Shown: positions 40,556-49,957 of the stretch, in pieces | Numbering within the stretch: the stretch's first letter is position 1 | Layout of the letters: each line of letters opens with the position of its first letter | Source: an uncultured Solirubrobacteraceae bacterium | Lineage (GTDB): Bacteria; Actinomycetota; Thermoleophilia; Solirubrobacterales; Solirubrobacteraceae | Length of the DNA stretch: 64,000 bases | Assembly: GCA_963745375.1 (NCBI GenBank) | Contig: CAVUXA010000005.1 | Span: 205,909-269,908 of the forward strand | Direction of reading: 5' to 3' | Translations under genes and position numbers: made by a program | The notes under the pieces: generated by a model | Told to the model about the DNA's origin: nothing | The model's database searches: none | Seen by the model: the letters and a program-made list of their open reading frames with translations, nothing else

Positions 40556-41437
40556 ATGGCTGAGGACGAGGCGGGCGCAGTCGTGCGCGAGCCCGCCAGC
40601 CAAGCCCGCGTCGGCGCCGCGCCCAACAGCGCGCCTGCCGGCGTGCGCATCCTGTTCGTGGGCGACGTGGTCGGAGGCATCGGCAGGCGCACGCTGCTGG
40701 ACTGCCTGCCGGTCCTGCGCGAGCGCTACGCGCCGACGTTCGTGGTGGTCAACGGCGAGAACGCGGCCGGCGGCCTGGGCATCACGCCGAAGATCGCCGA
40801 CCAGATGTTCGCGGCGGGCGTGGACGCGATCACGCTAGGAAACCACACCTATCATCGCCGGGAGATCTACCCATATCTGGAGGCGAAACGGCCGATAGTG
40901 CGCCCGGCCAACTTCCTGCGCAGCCAGCCGGGACGAGGCGTGTGCGTGGTCGAGCACGACGGGGTGCGCCTGGGAGTGATCAACCTGAGCGGGAACCTGT
41001 ACCTACGGGCCGGTCGCTCGGCGTTCACCGAGATCGAGGCGGCCTTGGGCGACCTTGACGGCGTGGAGCACATCCTCGTCGACATGCACGCGGAGGCCAC
41101 CTCGGAGAAGGTCGCGCTCGGCTGGCACCTGGACGGGCGAGTGACAGCGGTGGTGGGCACCCACACGCACGTGCCGACCGCCGATGCCCGCGTGCTGCCC
41201 GGGGGCACTGCCTACATCACCGATGTCGGCATGACCGGCCCGCGCGGAGGGGTGATCGGCGTCAAGCGCGAGCAGGCGATCGAGTCGCTGCTGACACAGA
41301 TGCCGATCCGTTTTGAAACCTCTGAGGAGGACCCGTGGCTGATGGGCGTGCTGATCAGCTGCTCAGCGCCGCTGCGGGCCGACTCGATCGAGCAGGTGCT
41401 GATGCCACGGCCGGCACAGGCGCAGGAGGCTCACTGA
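40556..41437 (+). CDS. YmdB-like metallophosphoesterase
   Basis: ILFVGDVVG, NGEN, TLGNH, DMHAEATSEK, GTHTHV, TDVGMTG. Confidence 0.92.
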   Translation: MAEDEAGAVVREPASQARVGAAPNSAPAGVRILFVGDVVGGIGRRTLLDCLPVLRERYAPTFVVVNGENAAGGLGITPKIADQMFAAGVDAITLGNHTYHRREIYPYLEAKRPIVRPANFLRSQPGRGVCVVEHDGVRLGVINLSGNLYLRAGRSAFTEIEAALGDLDGVEHILVDMHAEATSEKVALGWHLDGRVTAVVGTHTHVPTADARVLPGGTAYITDVGMTGPRGGVIGVKREQAIESLLTQMPIRFETSEEDPWLMGVLISCSAPLRADSIEQVLMPRPAQAQEAH

Positions 41438-43163
41438 AGCGCCCGAGCAGGGCGATCATGACCAGCGGAAAGAACCAGGGGATATACAGATAGAACCAGT
41501 GTTCGATCCCGAGCTGCTCGGCGATGACGACGGCGGCACAGGCCGCCGCCAGCCCGACAATGTCGTTGTTGCGAGCCCACCCACCCAGGAAAGCGAGCGC
41601 TAGCGCAAGCGCCACAGCGAGAGCCTCCACCGCGATCTCCTCTGCGTGCAGCCGGTACAGGCCCCACACCGAGAACGGCGAGCCGCGGTTTGATTGGTAG
41701 ACGAGCGTGCGCTCGTAGATCTCGTGCAGCGAGTCGTGGCCGAGCGCGGGTATCGAGACGATCGCAACCGTCGCCGCGAATCCAGCCCCAAACATTGCCA
41801 GCGCACGGGCGCGCCGCATCCGTCCAACGTCAGGTAGTCCATGCGTGGCCAGGAGCGGCGCGAGCGCGAGCGGCGCGAACTTGGTCAGACCGGCGAGCGC
41901 TGCCAGGGCGCCCCGTCCGGCTCTCGTGACATTCGAGGTGTAGGTGGCCGCGAGCAGCGCCGCGAGCACGAGTGCCGCGACGAGCGTGTCGTTGGAGTTA
42001 CTCTCCAAGGCGAATAGGGTGAAGGGGAAGGACACCCACGCGTAGGCCAGCGCGATCCCCAGCGTGGGGCCGCGCAGGCGCCGGCCCAGCCAGAACAGCA
42101 GCGCGACGGCAAGCAGGTCGAAGAAGATCGCAGCGGCGTGCGCAGCGGGCAGGTCGTCCCAACTGCCGCCCCAGCCGAACACCTGCTCGAACGGGATGTA
42201 GGCCGCGTAGTTGGCCGGGCCGTAGGTGTCGCCGTGTTCGTTGTCGGACGGAAAGGAGCCGTACAGCGGCCGACCGTCGACGATCCGCTGCGCGCCAATC
42301 ACACCGGCGTAGCCGACGTCGATGACGTTGGAGTCGGTGACGTTCAGCGCGATGCGAAAGCCGAGCAGGAACACCACCGCAACGGCGAGCCATGGAGCGG
42401 GTACGAGCAGGCGCAGCGGTCCGGGCGACGACCCGATCCACGCCCGCCCGTATGCGCGGGCGCGTACCGCCCGACCGCGTCGCAGCAGCGCGAGCATGCG
42501 CGCGAGCAGGTACAGCAGCGGTGGGTAGGCCAGCGGCACCGATGCGTAGATGTGCGCGTGGTTGAAGAAGGCCAGCGAGACCGAGAAGGACAGCAACATG
42601 AGCAGGTCCAGGTGCAGCAGCGACAAGGGCCTGCGGAAGTTGACGAAGGGCACGAGGAACAGGACGCACAGGGGCAGCCATATGTACAGGGCGTTGACGT
42701 GCCTGCCGAACGCGCCGGGATAGCCGCGCGCCATCGTCCAGGCGACCTGAAAGCCGGTCCATTGTTCGAGCACCTTGCCGGTCAGGTCGGCGATTGTCAC
42801 CTGGCCGATCTCGGTCTTGCCGTTGCGCGAAAAGAAACTGACCTGCCAGTGGAACGGGACCTTCAGGTAGGCGCCGGCGTAGGAACCGGGGTATTTCCTG
42901 CGCACGGCGCGCATCTTTCCCAGCGCGCTGGCGATCGCGATGACCCGGTTGGCCGACAGGCGCCGGCCGGCCGGTGGCACGTTGGAGTCGGGCACCGGGA
43001 TCGGCGCTTCGGAGTTGGTCGACGTCGTGGTGGACGTGGTCGTCCTCGGGGCGCGCGTGCCGAGGGTGGTGGTGGGCGCACCCTGAAGGGCATACCCTGA
43101 AGGGCACAGGCAGGCGAGCAGGGTCGCGCTGAGCAGGACGGCGACGAGGGCGCGGTGGCGCAT
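41355..43163 (-). CDS. GT-C (GT87-like) membrane glycosyltransferase
   Basis: Signal peptide; DV.Y motif; YGP; multi-TM; KFAP. Confidence 0.65.
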   Translation of the reverse strand: MRHRALVAVLLSATLLACLCPSGYALQGAPTTTLGTRAPRTTTSTTTSTNSEAPIPVPDSNVPPAGRRLSANRVIAIASALGKMRAVRRKYPGSYAGAYLKVPFHWQVSFFSRNGKTEIGQVTIADLTGKVLEQWTGFQVAWTMARGYPGAFGRHVNALYIWLPLCVLFLVPFVNFRRPLSLLHLDLLMLLSFSVSLAFFNHAHIYASVPLAYPPLLYLLARMLALLRRGRAVRARAYGRAWIGSSPGPLRLLVPAPWLAVAVVFLLGFRIALNVTDSNVIDVGYAGVIGAQRIVDGRPLYGSFPSDNEHGDTYGPANYAAYIPFEQVFGWGGSWDDLPAAHAAAIFFDLLAVALLFWLGRRLRGPTLGIALAYAWVSFPFTLFALESNSNDTLVAALVLAALLAATYTSNVTRAGRGALAALAGLTKFAPLALAPLLATHGLPDVGRMRRARALAMFGAGFAATVAIVSIPALGHDSLHEIYERTLVYQSNRGSPFSVWGLYRLHAEEIAVEALAVALALALAFLGGWARNNDIVGLAAACAAVVIAEQLGIEHWFYLYIPWFFPLVMIALLGRFSEPPAPVPAVASAPARSSRPAAALSS

Positions 43164-43167
43164 TCGC

Positions 43168-44667
43168 TCAGGATGAAGCGTCGAGGCCGAAATGGCGCAG
43201 GACGAGCGGCGCGACGTCGCGGATCGCCCACTGGGCAGGGACCGCCTCGGGCAGAGGGACGCCGGTGAGGATCAGCGCGCCGAGCGAGTCGCTGGCGTGC
43301 AGCGAGCCGTGACTGCCGCCGCCGACATGGGCCTGGCCGCCCCAGTCGACGAACTCATAGCCGGGGGCGGCCGACAGCAGCACCTCTCCGGAGGTGGGAC
43401 ACGTCAACGCCGACCACACGCGAGCCAGGGCGTCGGGGTAGTCGGGGCTGAGCAGGCGACCGTCGTGCGCAGTGGCGCCGATCGCGGCGAGGGCACCGTC
43501 GGTGCTCCAGGCGGCCCCGCGGGAATCGATCAGCGACCCACCTGGAGCGAAGCGAAGCTCGCCGTGGGCCGAGCTGGAGATGACGGCCTCGCGGGGAGCG
43601 TCGTGGGCGTCGCGCTCGAGCCACATGACCAGATCGACGCCCTCGATGGCCAGCGCGCGGGTCTCGACAGATGCGCGCATGGCATCGCGCTCTGACTCGC
43701 GCAGCGCGTAGACCATGGCTGCCCGCTGGGATGGGCATACGGCGATGCGCGCTTCGACTGCCTCCTCGCCCGAGCGCGCGGAGGCGCGCGGCGGGCTGAG
43801 CACCCCGAGATCGTCCAGCTCATCCTGCAGTGAGATCGTGTGCAGCACGGGCGCCTGGGAATGGTCGGCCATGGCGATGACCGCGTGCTCGGCCAGGAAC
43901 TCGTCGACGCCGCCGGCGGCGTTCATCACGCGAGCCAGCTGTAGGTCGGCCTGCGCGAGCGAGCGCACCTGGGCGTCGGGTCCATGCTTGTGCGAGTACC
44001 AGTCGTTGTCGGGCAGCGACAGCAGCAGGAAATCGAACAGGTCGTGCTCGACCAGGTAGGCGGACACGCAGCCGGAGTGGCGGTCGCGCACGCCGGGCAT
44101 GCCTAGGCCCGAGCGGCAGCCGGTGCGACGCGAGGCGAAGATGTCGGCGTAGAAGAGCTCGCGCGGGCCCATGACGGGGTGGCGGATCAACGCAGAGGCG
44201 ACGCGCGTGAGCGCGGTGTCGCGCTGGGGCTCGTGGCGGTGGCGGCCGCGATACATCAGGTAGGTGGTGCCGGCCGTGCGCACGCCGGCGTCGTCGAGCG
44301 ACTCGAACACAGTGAGCGTCTGTTGCGCGAGGTGGGCTCGGTTCATGTTGTAGACGGTGTCGGTGAGTTGGCGGCCGATGCCAAAACGCTGTGCGGCACG
44401 GAAGCTGGAGCCGTACTCCACGTAGCGGTCCTCCTCGCGGTGAAACCAGTTCATGCCGGGAATTCGATGGCGGTCCTGGCCAGTGCCGGTGACGATCGAC
44501 GCGGCGCACACGGGCGTGACAGACGGGAACGCGGCCACGCAGTCAGGGACGTACAGACCGTCTGCGACCAGCCGCTGCAGGACCGGCGCGACACCCTGCT
44601 CGATCGCGCGCTCGAGCATGGCAGGGGCCATCGCGTCGATCACGCACAGGACGAGCTTGGGCGCCAT
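43168..44667 (-). CDS. Alkaline phosphatase superfamily nucleotide pyrophosphatase/phosphodiesterase
   Basis: VIDAM, FPSVT, D.YSH, ADH, GSHG. Confidence 0.85.
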   Translation of the reverse strand: MAPKLVLCVIDAMAPAMLERAIEQGVAPVLQRLVADGLYVPDCVAAFPSVTPVCAASIVTGTGQDRHRIPGMNWFHREEDRYVEYGSSFRAAQRFGIGRQLTDTVYNMNRAHLAQQTLTVFESLDDAGVRTAGTTYLMYRGRHRHEPQRDTALTRVASALIRHPVMGPRELFYADIFASRRTGCRSGLGMPGVRDRHSGCVSAYLVEHDLFDFLLLSLPDNDWYSHKHGPDAQVRSLAQADLQLARVMNAAGGVDEFLAEHAVIAMADHSQAPVLHTISLQDELDDLGVLSPPRASARSGEEAVEARIAVCPSQRAAMVYALRESERDAMRASVETRALAIEGVDLVMWLERDAHDAPREAVISSSAHGELRFAPGGSLIDSRGAAWSTDGALAAIGATAHDGRLLSPDYPDALARVWSALTCPTSGEVLLSAAPGYEFVDWGGQAHVGGGSHGSLHASDSLGALILTGVPLPEAVPAQWAIRDVAPLVLRHFGLDASS

Positions 44668-44677
44668 CTCGTGGTCG

Positions 44678-45304
44678 CTAGCGGCGCAGGATGCGCAGCC
44701 CGGCGTACTTGGCCTGCGCGCGGTCGCGCCCGCGCCAGGCAAACCACGCGAGCGCTGCGACTGCCACGTAGCCGAGCGGGTGCAGCAGGCAGACGGCGGC
44801 GGCCAGCACAAGGGCGCAAGCGTCGAGGTACACGGTCAGCGCTTCGCGCGCGGTGCGGTCGGCCAGGCGCGCGCGAGCGCGGACGATCACCGGCCAAACC
44901 GCGCGCTGGGCGAGACCAGCAGCCACGAAGCCGCCGAGCAGGCCCGGCCACCAGGCGTCGCCGTGCGCGGCGAGCGTGCCTGCGAACAGCAGCGCTCCCG
45001 CGCCCAACCCGAGGCCTGCGAGCGATGCGCCGAGCGGACCGACGGGCTGGCTGCGATCGGAGGAGTCGATGATCGGCGCGAGCGACAGCAGGATCTGCAG
45101 CGCGTACGCGAGCGACAGCGCGACGGCGGCGGCCAGCAGCCACCAGTCTTCGTGCAGGAACGCGAACGAGTGACCGGCGAAGCTCACGCCGAGCGCCTTG
45201 GATGAGGCGAGCGCGCCGGCCAGCAGCGCGGGCAGGAAGGGACGCAGACCACAGGCGGCCGCGAGGCCGGCGCCGAGACCGATGTAGAAGATGAGGCCGT
45301 TCAT
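44678..45304 (-). CDS. Membrane protein (DUF4126-like)
   Basis: GLAAACGLRPFLP; multi-TM. Confidence 0.6.
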   Translation of the reverse strand: MNGLIFYIGLGAGLAAACGLRPFLPALLAGALASSKALGVSFAGHSFAFLHEDWWLLAAAVALSLAYALQILLSLAPIIDSSDRSQPVGPLGASLAGLGLGAGALLFAGTLAAHGDAWWPGLLGGFVAAGLAQRAVWPVIVRARARLADRTAREALTVYLDACALVLAAAVCLLHPLGYVAVAALAWFAWRGRDRAQAKYAGLRILRR

Positions 45305-45367
45305 GCGGTGGGCTTGCAGAGGTGCGCTACCGTGCGGGAATGCGTAGCCTAAAGGGCACGGGCGGGC

Positions 45368-46834
45368 ATGGACGATAGACGACGCGCACGGGCGACCGCG
45401 CACGAGCTGGCGCGCTACGAGGCGCTGTTCGCGACGCGCACGCGCGGGATGAAAAGCTCGGCGATGCGCGAGATGATGGCGCTGACAGAGCGCCCGGACG
45501 TGATCTCGCTGGCGGGCGGACTGCCCGACACGACCACGTTCGCGCCAGAGCTGTACGCGAAGCTGATGGCTCAGGTGGCGGCGGAGTCGACCGCGCGCGC
45601 CCTGCAGTACGGGCCTACCGAGGGGATGGCTGGCACTGTGGGCTGCATCGCGGAGGTGATGGCCGCGGAGGGCACCGAGATCGACCCCTCGGAGGTGATC
45701 GTCACGACGGGCGGCCAGCAGGTTATCGACCTAGTGTGCAAGACGCTGATCGACCCGGGCGATGTGATCGTCGCGGAGGCTCCCACGTACCCTGGCGCGG
45801 TGCCCACGTTCAGCGCCTACCAGGCGCAGGTCGTGCAGATCGAGATGGACGCCGACGGAATGCCGATCGACGAGCTCGAGAGCACCTTGGACCGGCTGCA
45901 GAGCGAGGGGCGCAGGCCGAAGTTCATCTACACGATCCCCAACTTCCACAACCCGGCCGGGGTGACGATGTCGCTGCCCAGGCGCCGGCGCCTGGTCGAG
46001 GTCGCACGCGAGCGTGAGCTGCTGGTGCTCGAGGACAACCCCTACGGCCTGCTGCGCTACGAGGGCGAGGCGCTGCCGACGCTGTACTCGCTCGATTCCT
46101 CCATCGCCGGCAGGGGCGGGGGCTCGGACCTGGTGATCTACCTGGGCACGTTCTCGAAGATTCTCTCGCCGGGGCTGCGTCTCGGTTGGGCGGTCGCGCC
46201 GCGGCCGGTGCTGGAGAAGCTGAACCTGGGCAAGCAGGGCGCGGACCTGTGCTCCTCGCCGGTCACCCAGATGTTCGTATCGGCGTACTTCGCCGAGCGC
46301 GGAACGCAAGCCCACCCTCCCGGGCCGGCGTGGGTCGAGTACGTCGAGCGCCTGAGGAATCTCTACCGCCGCCGCCGCGACGTGATGCTGGAGGCGCTCG
46401 AGGAGCACTTCGGCGGTCGCGCGAGCTGGACCCGGCCCGAGGGCGGGCTGTTCATCTGGGCCACCCTGGACGGCGAGGTGGACACGACCGACCTGATGGC
46501 GCGCAGCGAGGGGGTGGCGTTCGTGCCCGGCCGCGCGGCCTACGTGGACGGCAGGCGTGGGGGCTCCTCCATGCGCTTGAACTTCGCGGGCGTCCCCGAC
46601 GCGGACATCCGCGAGGGAATCCGGCGGATCGGCAAGATCATGGGCGGAGACACGGGTCTGCTGGGAACGTTGACGACCGGATCCGCCACTTCAGCGTCGT
46701 CGGCGCCAGCCTCATCCTCGCCGGCGGCAGCGCAGACGGGACCGCAGGAAGACGAAGGTGCCCCGCTCGCCGATGTCGTCGCGCTGCCTCGCCGCGAGCA
46801 GCAGCGCTCGACGCGCCGGCGACAGGATCGATGA
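45368..46834 (+). CDS. PLP-dependent aminotransferase class I/II (LysN-like)
   Basis: ISLAGGLP, LQYG, NPAG, EDNPY, GTFSKILSPGLRLG. Confidence 0.9.
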   Translation: MDDRRRARATAHELARYEALFATRTRGMKSSAMREMMALTERPDVISLAGGLPDTTTFAPELYAKLMAQVAAESTARALQYGPTEGMAGTVGCIAEVMAAEGTEIDPSEVIVTTGGQQVIDLVCKTLIDPGDVIVAEAPTYPGAVPTFSAYQAQVVQIEMDADGMPIDELESTLDRLQSEGRRPKFIYTIPNFHNPAGVTMSLPRRRRLVEVARERELLVLEDNPYGLLRYEGEALPTLYSLDSSIAGRGGGSDLVIYLGTFSKILSPGLRLGWAVAPRPVLEKLNLGKQGADLCSSPVTQMFVSAYFAERGTQAHPPGPAWVEYVERLRNLYRRRRDVMLEALEEHFGGRASWTRPEGGLFIWATLDGEVDTTDLMARSEGVAFVPGRAAYVDGRRGGSSMRLNFAGVPDADIREGIRRIGKIMGGDTGLLGTLTTGSATSASSAPASSSPAAAQTGPQEDEGAPLADVVALPRREQQRSTRRRQDR

Positions 46835-47829
46835 GCGCCGCCAAGAAGGTCGCGGTGCTGAAGGGCGGCAGGTCGCTGGAGCGGACCGTATCCCTGCGCT
46901 CGGGCGCTCGGGCGCAGAGCGCGTTGGGTCGGCTGGGTCATGAGGTGGTGGCGATCGACGCGGGCCCGGAGCTCGTGGCGCAGTTGCATGACTGCCGGCC
47001 GGACGCGGCGTTCGTGGCGATGCATGGCGGCGACGGCGAGGACGGGACCGTGCAGGGCCTGCTGGAGACGATCGGCGTGCCCTACACGGGCTCCGGGCCG
47101 GCGGCGTGCATGCGCTGCACCGACAAGGCGCTGGCGAAGTACCTGATGCGCGAGGCGGGAATACCGACGCCGGACTTCGCCGCCTTCAAGGAGACCGCGA
47201 TCAAAGAGCTGGGCGTGGCGGCGGCGCTGGGCGACGTCGAGCGCATGCTCGGGTTCCCGATGGTGGTCAAGCCCGCCAGCCAGGGCTCGGCGCTGGGCGT
47301 GAAGTTCGCGCGCTCGGGCGACGAGCTGCCCGCGGCGATCGTGGGGGCGCTGTCCTACGATCGCAAGGTCGTGATCGAGCGCTACGTCAAGGGGCGCGAC
47401 CTGGCGGTGTCGGTGCTCGACGTAGAAGCGCAACCCGCCCGCTCCGCGTCGGCGACGACCGCGCCGGCAGCCGGCGAGCCGCTGGCGCTGCCGGTGGTCG
47501 AGGCGATCCCGCGAGAAGAGGAGTTCTACAACTACGAGTCGCGCTATGAGATCGGTATGACCACGTTCGTGTGCCCGGCGGAGCTGCCCGACGGGGCGAC
47601 CGAGCGCGCGCAGGAGCTGGCGCTTGCAACATACCGGCTGCTCGGCTGCCACGGCCTGGCCCGCGTCGACCTGATGCTTGACGCAGACAGCGGTGAGCTG
47701 TCGGTGCTGGAGACGAACGTGGGCCCGGGATTGACCGAAACGAGCCTGCTGCCGCTGGCCGCAGACGCCGCCGGGATCGGCTTCGACGAACTGATCGAGC
47801 GCATCCTCGCCTCAGCCTTCACTCGCTGA
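46831..47829 (+). CDS. ddl: D-alanine--D-alanine ligase
   Basis: GG.SLER.VSLRSG, HG..GEDG, GS..GV, YNYESRY, ETN.GPGLT. Confidence 0.92.
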   Translation: MSAAKKVAVLKGGRSLERTVSLRSGARAQSALGRLGHEVVAIDAGPELVAQLHDCRPDAAFVAMHGGDGEDGTVQGLLETIGVPYTGSGPAACMRCTDKALAKYLMREAGIPTPDFAAFKETAIKELGVAAALGDVERMLGFPMVVKPASQGSALGVKFARSGDELPAAIVGALSYDRKVVIERYVKGRDLAVSVLDVEAQPARSASATTAPAAGEPLALPVVEAIPREEEFYNYESRYEIGMTTFVCPAELPDGATERAQELALATYRLLGCHGLARVDLMLDADSGELSVLETNVGPGLTETSLLPLAADAAGIGFDELIERILASAFTR

Positions 47830-48321
47830 TCAGGAGTCGCCGGCCGCAAAATCCTCTGGGCTGACCTGGTCCAAAAACTCCTTGAACTTCTCGACGACGT
47901 CCTCGGACTCCTCGACGTCGTGCTCGAACTCGATGGCCGACTCGGAGATGACCTCCTCAGCGGCGTAGATGGGGGCTCCGGAGCGCACGGCGAGAGCGAT
48001 TGCGTCGCTTGGCCGCGAGTCGATCTCAAGCTCGCGACCGTTGACGCTGAGGGTGATGGATGCGAAGAAGGTGTTCTCGCGCAGCTCGGTGACAGACACC
48101 TGTGTGCACTTGACGTCGAGCTCGCCGAGGATGTCGCACAGCAGATCGTGGGTCATCGGCCTCGGCGTGCCCGCGCCCTGAAGCTTCATCAGGATCGACG
48201 CCGCCTCGGGATGCCCGATCCAGATCGGCAGGAACTTGTTGCCCTCGACAGTCTTCAGGAGCACGATCGGCTGCTTGCCAACCATGTCGAAGCTGACACC
48301 GTAAATCACCATCTCCTGCAC
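47830..48321 (-). CDS. Bifunctional nuclease family protein (DUF151)
   Basis: LPIWIG..EA, RPMTHDL, DSRPSDAIALA. Confidence 0.92.
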   Translation of the reverse strand: MQEMVIYGVSFDMVGKQPIVLLKTVEGNKFLPIWIGHPEAASILMKLQGAGTPRPMTHDLLCDILGELDVKCTQVSVTELRENTFFASITLSVNGRELEIDSRPSDAIALAVRSGAPIYAAEEVISESAIEFEHDVEESEDVVEKFKEFLDQVSPEDFAAGDS

Positions 48322-48395
48322 AAAGAGCCTCCGAGCGGGGAAAGCCAGAGTATAGGTCCCGAGGTAGCCCCGTCCGACCCACCGGGAGGGCCAGC

Positions 48396-48851
48396 TCAAG
48401 ACTCTGGTCGGAAGCTCCAGAGCTTGTTGCCGAGGAAGTTCAGCGGCATCGAGCCGGCCACCGCGAGCGCCTGGGCGCCCACCTTGGCGATGCCCGCGCC
48501 CTCCACGAGCAGCGTCAGCAAGAGCAGGCTGAAAGCCTCCGCCACGAGGCTGACGATGAGGAAGCGCAGGGCTTGGAAGTGCGCTCGACCGGCGCGCGCA
48601 TCGAAGGTCCAGTGGCGGTTGAGCACGAAGTTGTTGATCACGGCCACCAACCAGGCGACAACCGAGGCCACGCGGTAGTCGACGCCGATGGGATGGACGA
48701 ACAGCGAATACACGGCCAGGTTGACGATGAACCCGACGCCTCCGACCATGCCGAAGCGAACGAGCTGCAGCCAGTTGGAGGGATGGCGCATGCCGTGGAG
48801 CAGGCGGATGTGCGGCCGCAGCTGCACGGCCGTGGCTTCCTCGCGCATCAC
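48396..48851 (-). CDS. GtrA family protein
   Basis: RFGMVG, NFVLNRHWTF, NFLGNKLWSF. Confidence 0.88.
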   Translation of the reverse strand: MMREEATAVQLRPHIRLLHGMRHPSNWLQLVRFGMVGGVGFIVNLAVYSLFVHPIGVDYRVASVVAWLVAVINNFVLNRHWTFDARAGRAHFQALRFLIVSLVAEAFSLLLLTLLVEGAGIAKVGAQALAVAGSMPLNFLGNKLWSFRPES

Positions 48852-48899
48852 ACCAGATTATCGACACCTCACGGCGGACGCGGTCGCTAGCCTATTCGC

Positions 48900-49715
48900 A
48901 TGACCCACGCGCGCAAGGCGACGGCGGCGGTCGGTTGCCTGCTGGGCATCGTCGCGCTCAGCGCCTGTGGTGAAGCACCGGTCGGTTCCGCGATCAAGCC
49001 GGGAGACCCCGCCGCCAAGTCGACGGCCCCCGTTGGCGCAGCTGGCGACGCAGTGGCCACGTCGCCCAAGCCGGGCGACAAACCGGGGGTCGCCAAGGAG
49101 GTCGCAGACCCGTTGGAAGCGGACAGCTATCCGGCGCCTGCGTCGGTCAAGCACGCAAGCGCAGCCGCTCCTACCCAGGCGGGAGAAGCGATCGTCGCCG
49201 CCGGCGCGCCCTCTAACGCGGAAGTCCGCAAGGAGCTCCAGCAGATGCAGGCCGTCGAACGCACCGCCAGGCTCAACCAGCAGCGCACGCTGACCCCCGT
49301 GCCCGGCGGAGAGTCGATCGGCGGCAACGGCACGATCCCGATCCCCGCCGCCATCCCCGAAGTGGTGCAGAAGGTCATCGCGGGCGCAAACGAGATCGCG
49401 GACTTCCCCTATGTCTACGGCGGCGGGCACGCGTCGTTTATCGACAACGCCTATGACTGCTCGGGCTCGGTCAGCTATGCCCTGGCGGCCGGCGGGCTGC
49501 TTGGCGCGCCCGAGACTTCCGGCGAACTGGAGAGCTGGGGCGTCCCCGGTCCGGGTCACTACGTCACGGTGTATGCAAACGCGGGGCACACATACATGTA
49601 CGTCGACGGCATGCTCTACGACACCGCCGGGCGCAGCGGCGTGTACGCGTCGCGCTGGCAGGTGCAGCCGACTGACAATTCCGGCTACGTCGTGCGCCAC
49701 TGGCCCGGGCTGTAG
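48900..49715 (+). CDS. NlpC/P60-like lipoprotein
   Basis: Lipobox LSAC; PYVYGGGH, YDCSG, H. Confidence 0.82.
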   Translation: MTHARKATAAVGCLLGIVALSACGEAPVGSAIKPGDPAAKSTAPVGAAGDAVATSPKPGDKPGVAKEVADPLEADSYPAPASVKHASAAAPTQAGEAIVAAGAPSNAEVRKELQQMQAVERTARLNQQRTLTPVPGGESIGGNGTIPIPAAIPEVVQKVIAGANEIADFPYVYGGGHASFIDNAYDCSGSVSYALAAGGLLGAPETSGELESWGVPGPGHYVTVYANAGHTYMYVDGMLYDTAGRSGVYASRWQVQPTDNSGYVVRHWPGL

Positions 49716-49718
49716 GCG

Positions 49719-49925
49719 ATGGCCATTGCGCCCTCTCCGCTCGTGAGCCTGGCCTTGAACGTGCCGATCGCGCTGGGCGGCGAAGCTGAAGGCGCCAACA
49801 GCACCGGTCTGGGTGTGATCTCGCTCGTGTCGATCGTGCTCGGCTGGGTGTTCCTGGCCGCGCTGTGGTGGTTCGTCTTCCGCGACAAGGCGCGCTCGAA
49901 GCGAAACAAGCGCTCCCCGGATTGA
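49719..49925 (+). CDS. Small membrane protein
   Basis: Single TM with basic tail; directly follows the previous gene. Confidence 0.5.
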   Translation: MAIAPSPLVSLALNVPIALGGEAEGANSTGLGVISLVSIVLGWVFLAALWWFVFRDKARSKRNKRSPD

Positions 49926-49957
49926 CCTCGGATTTACGGTGCGGCTCGCGCGAGCGC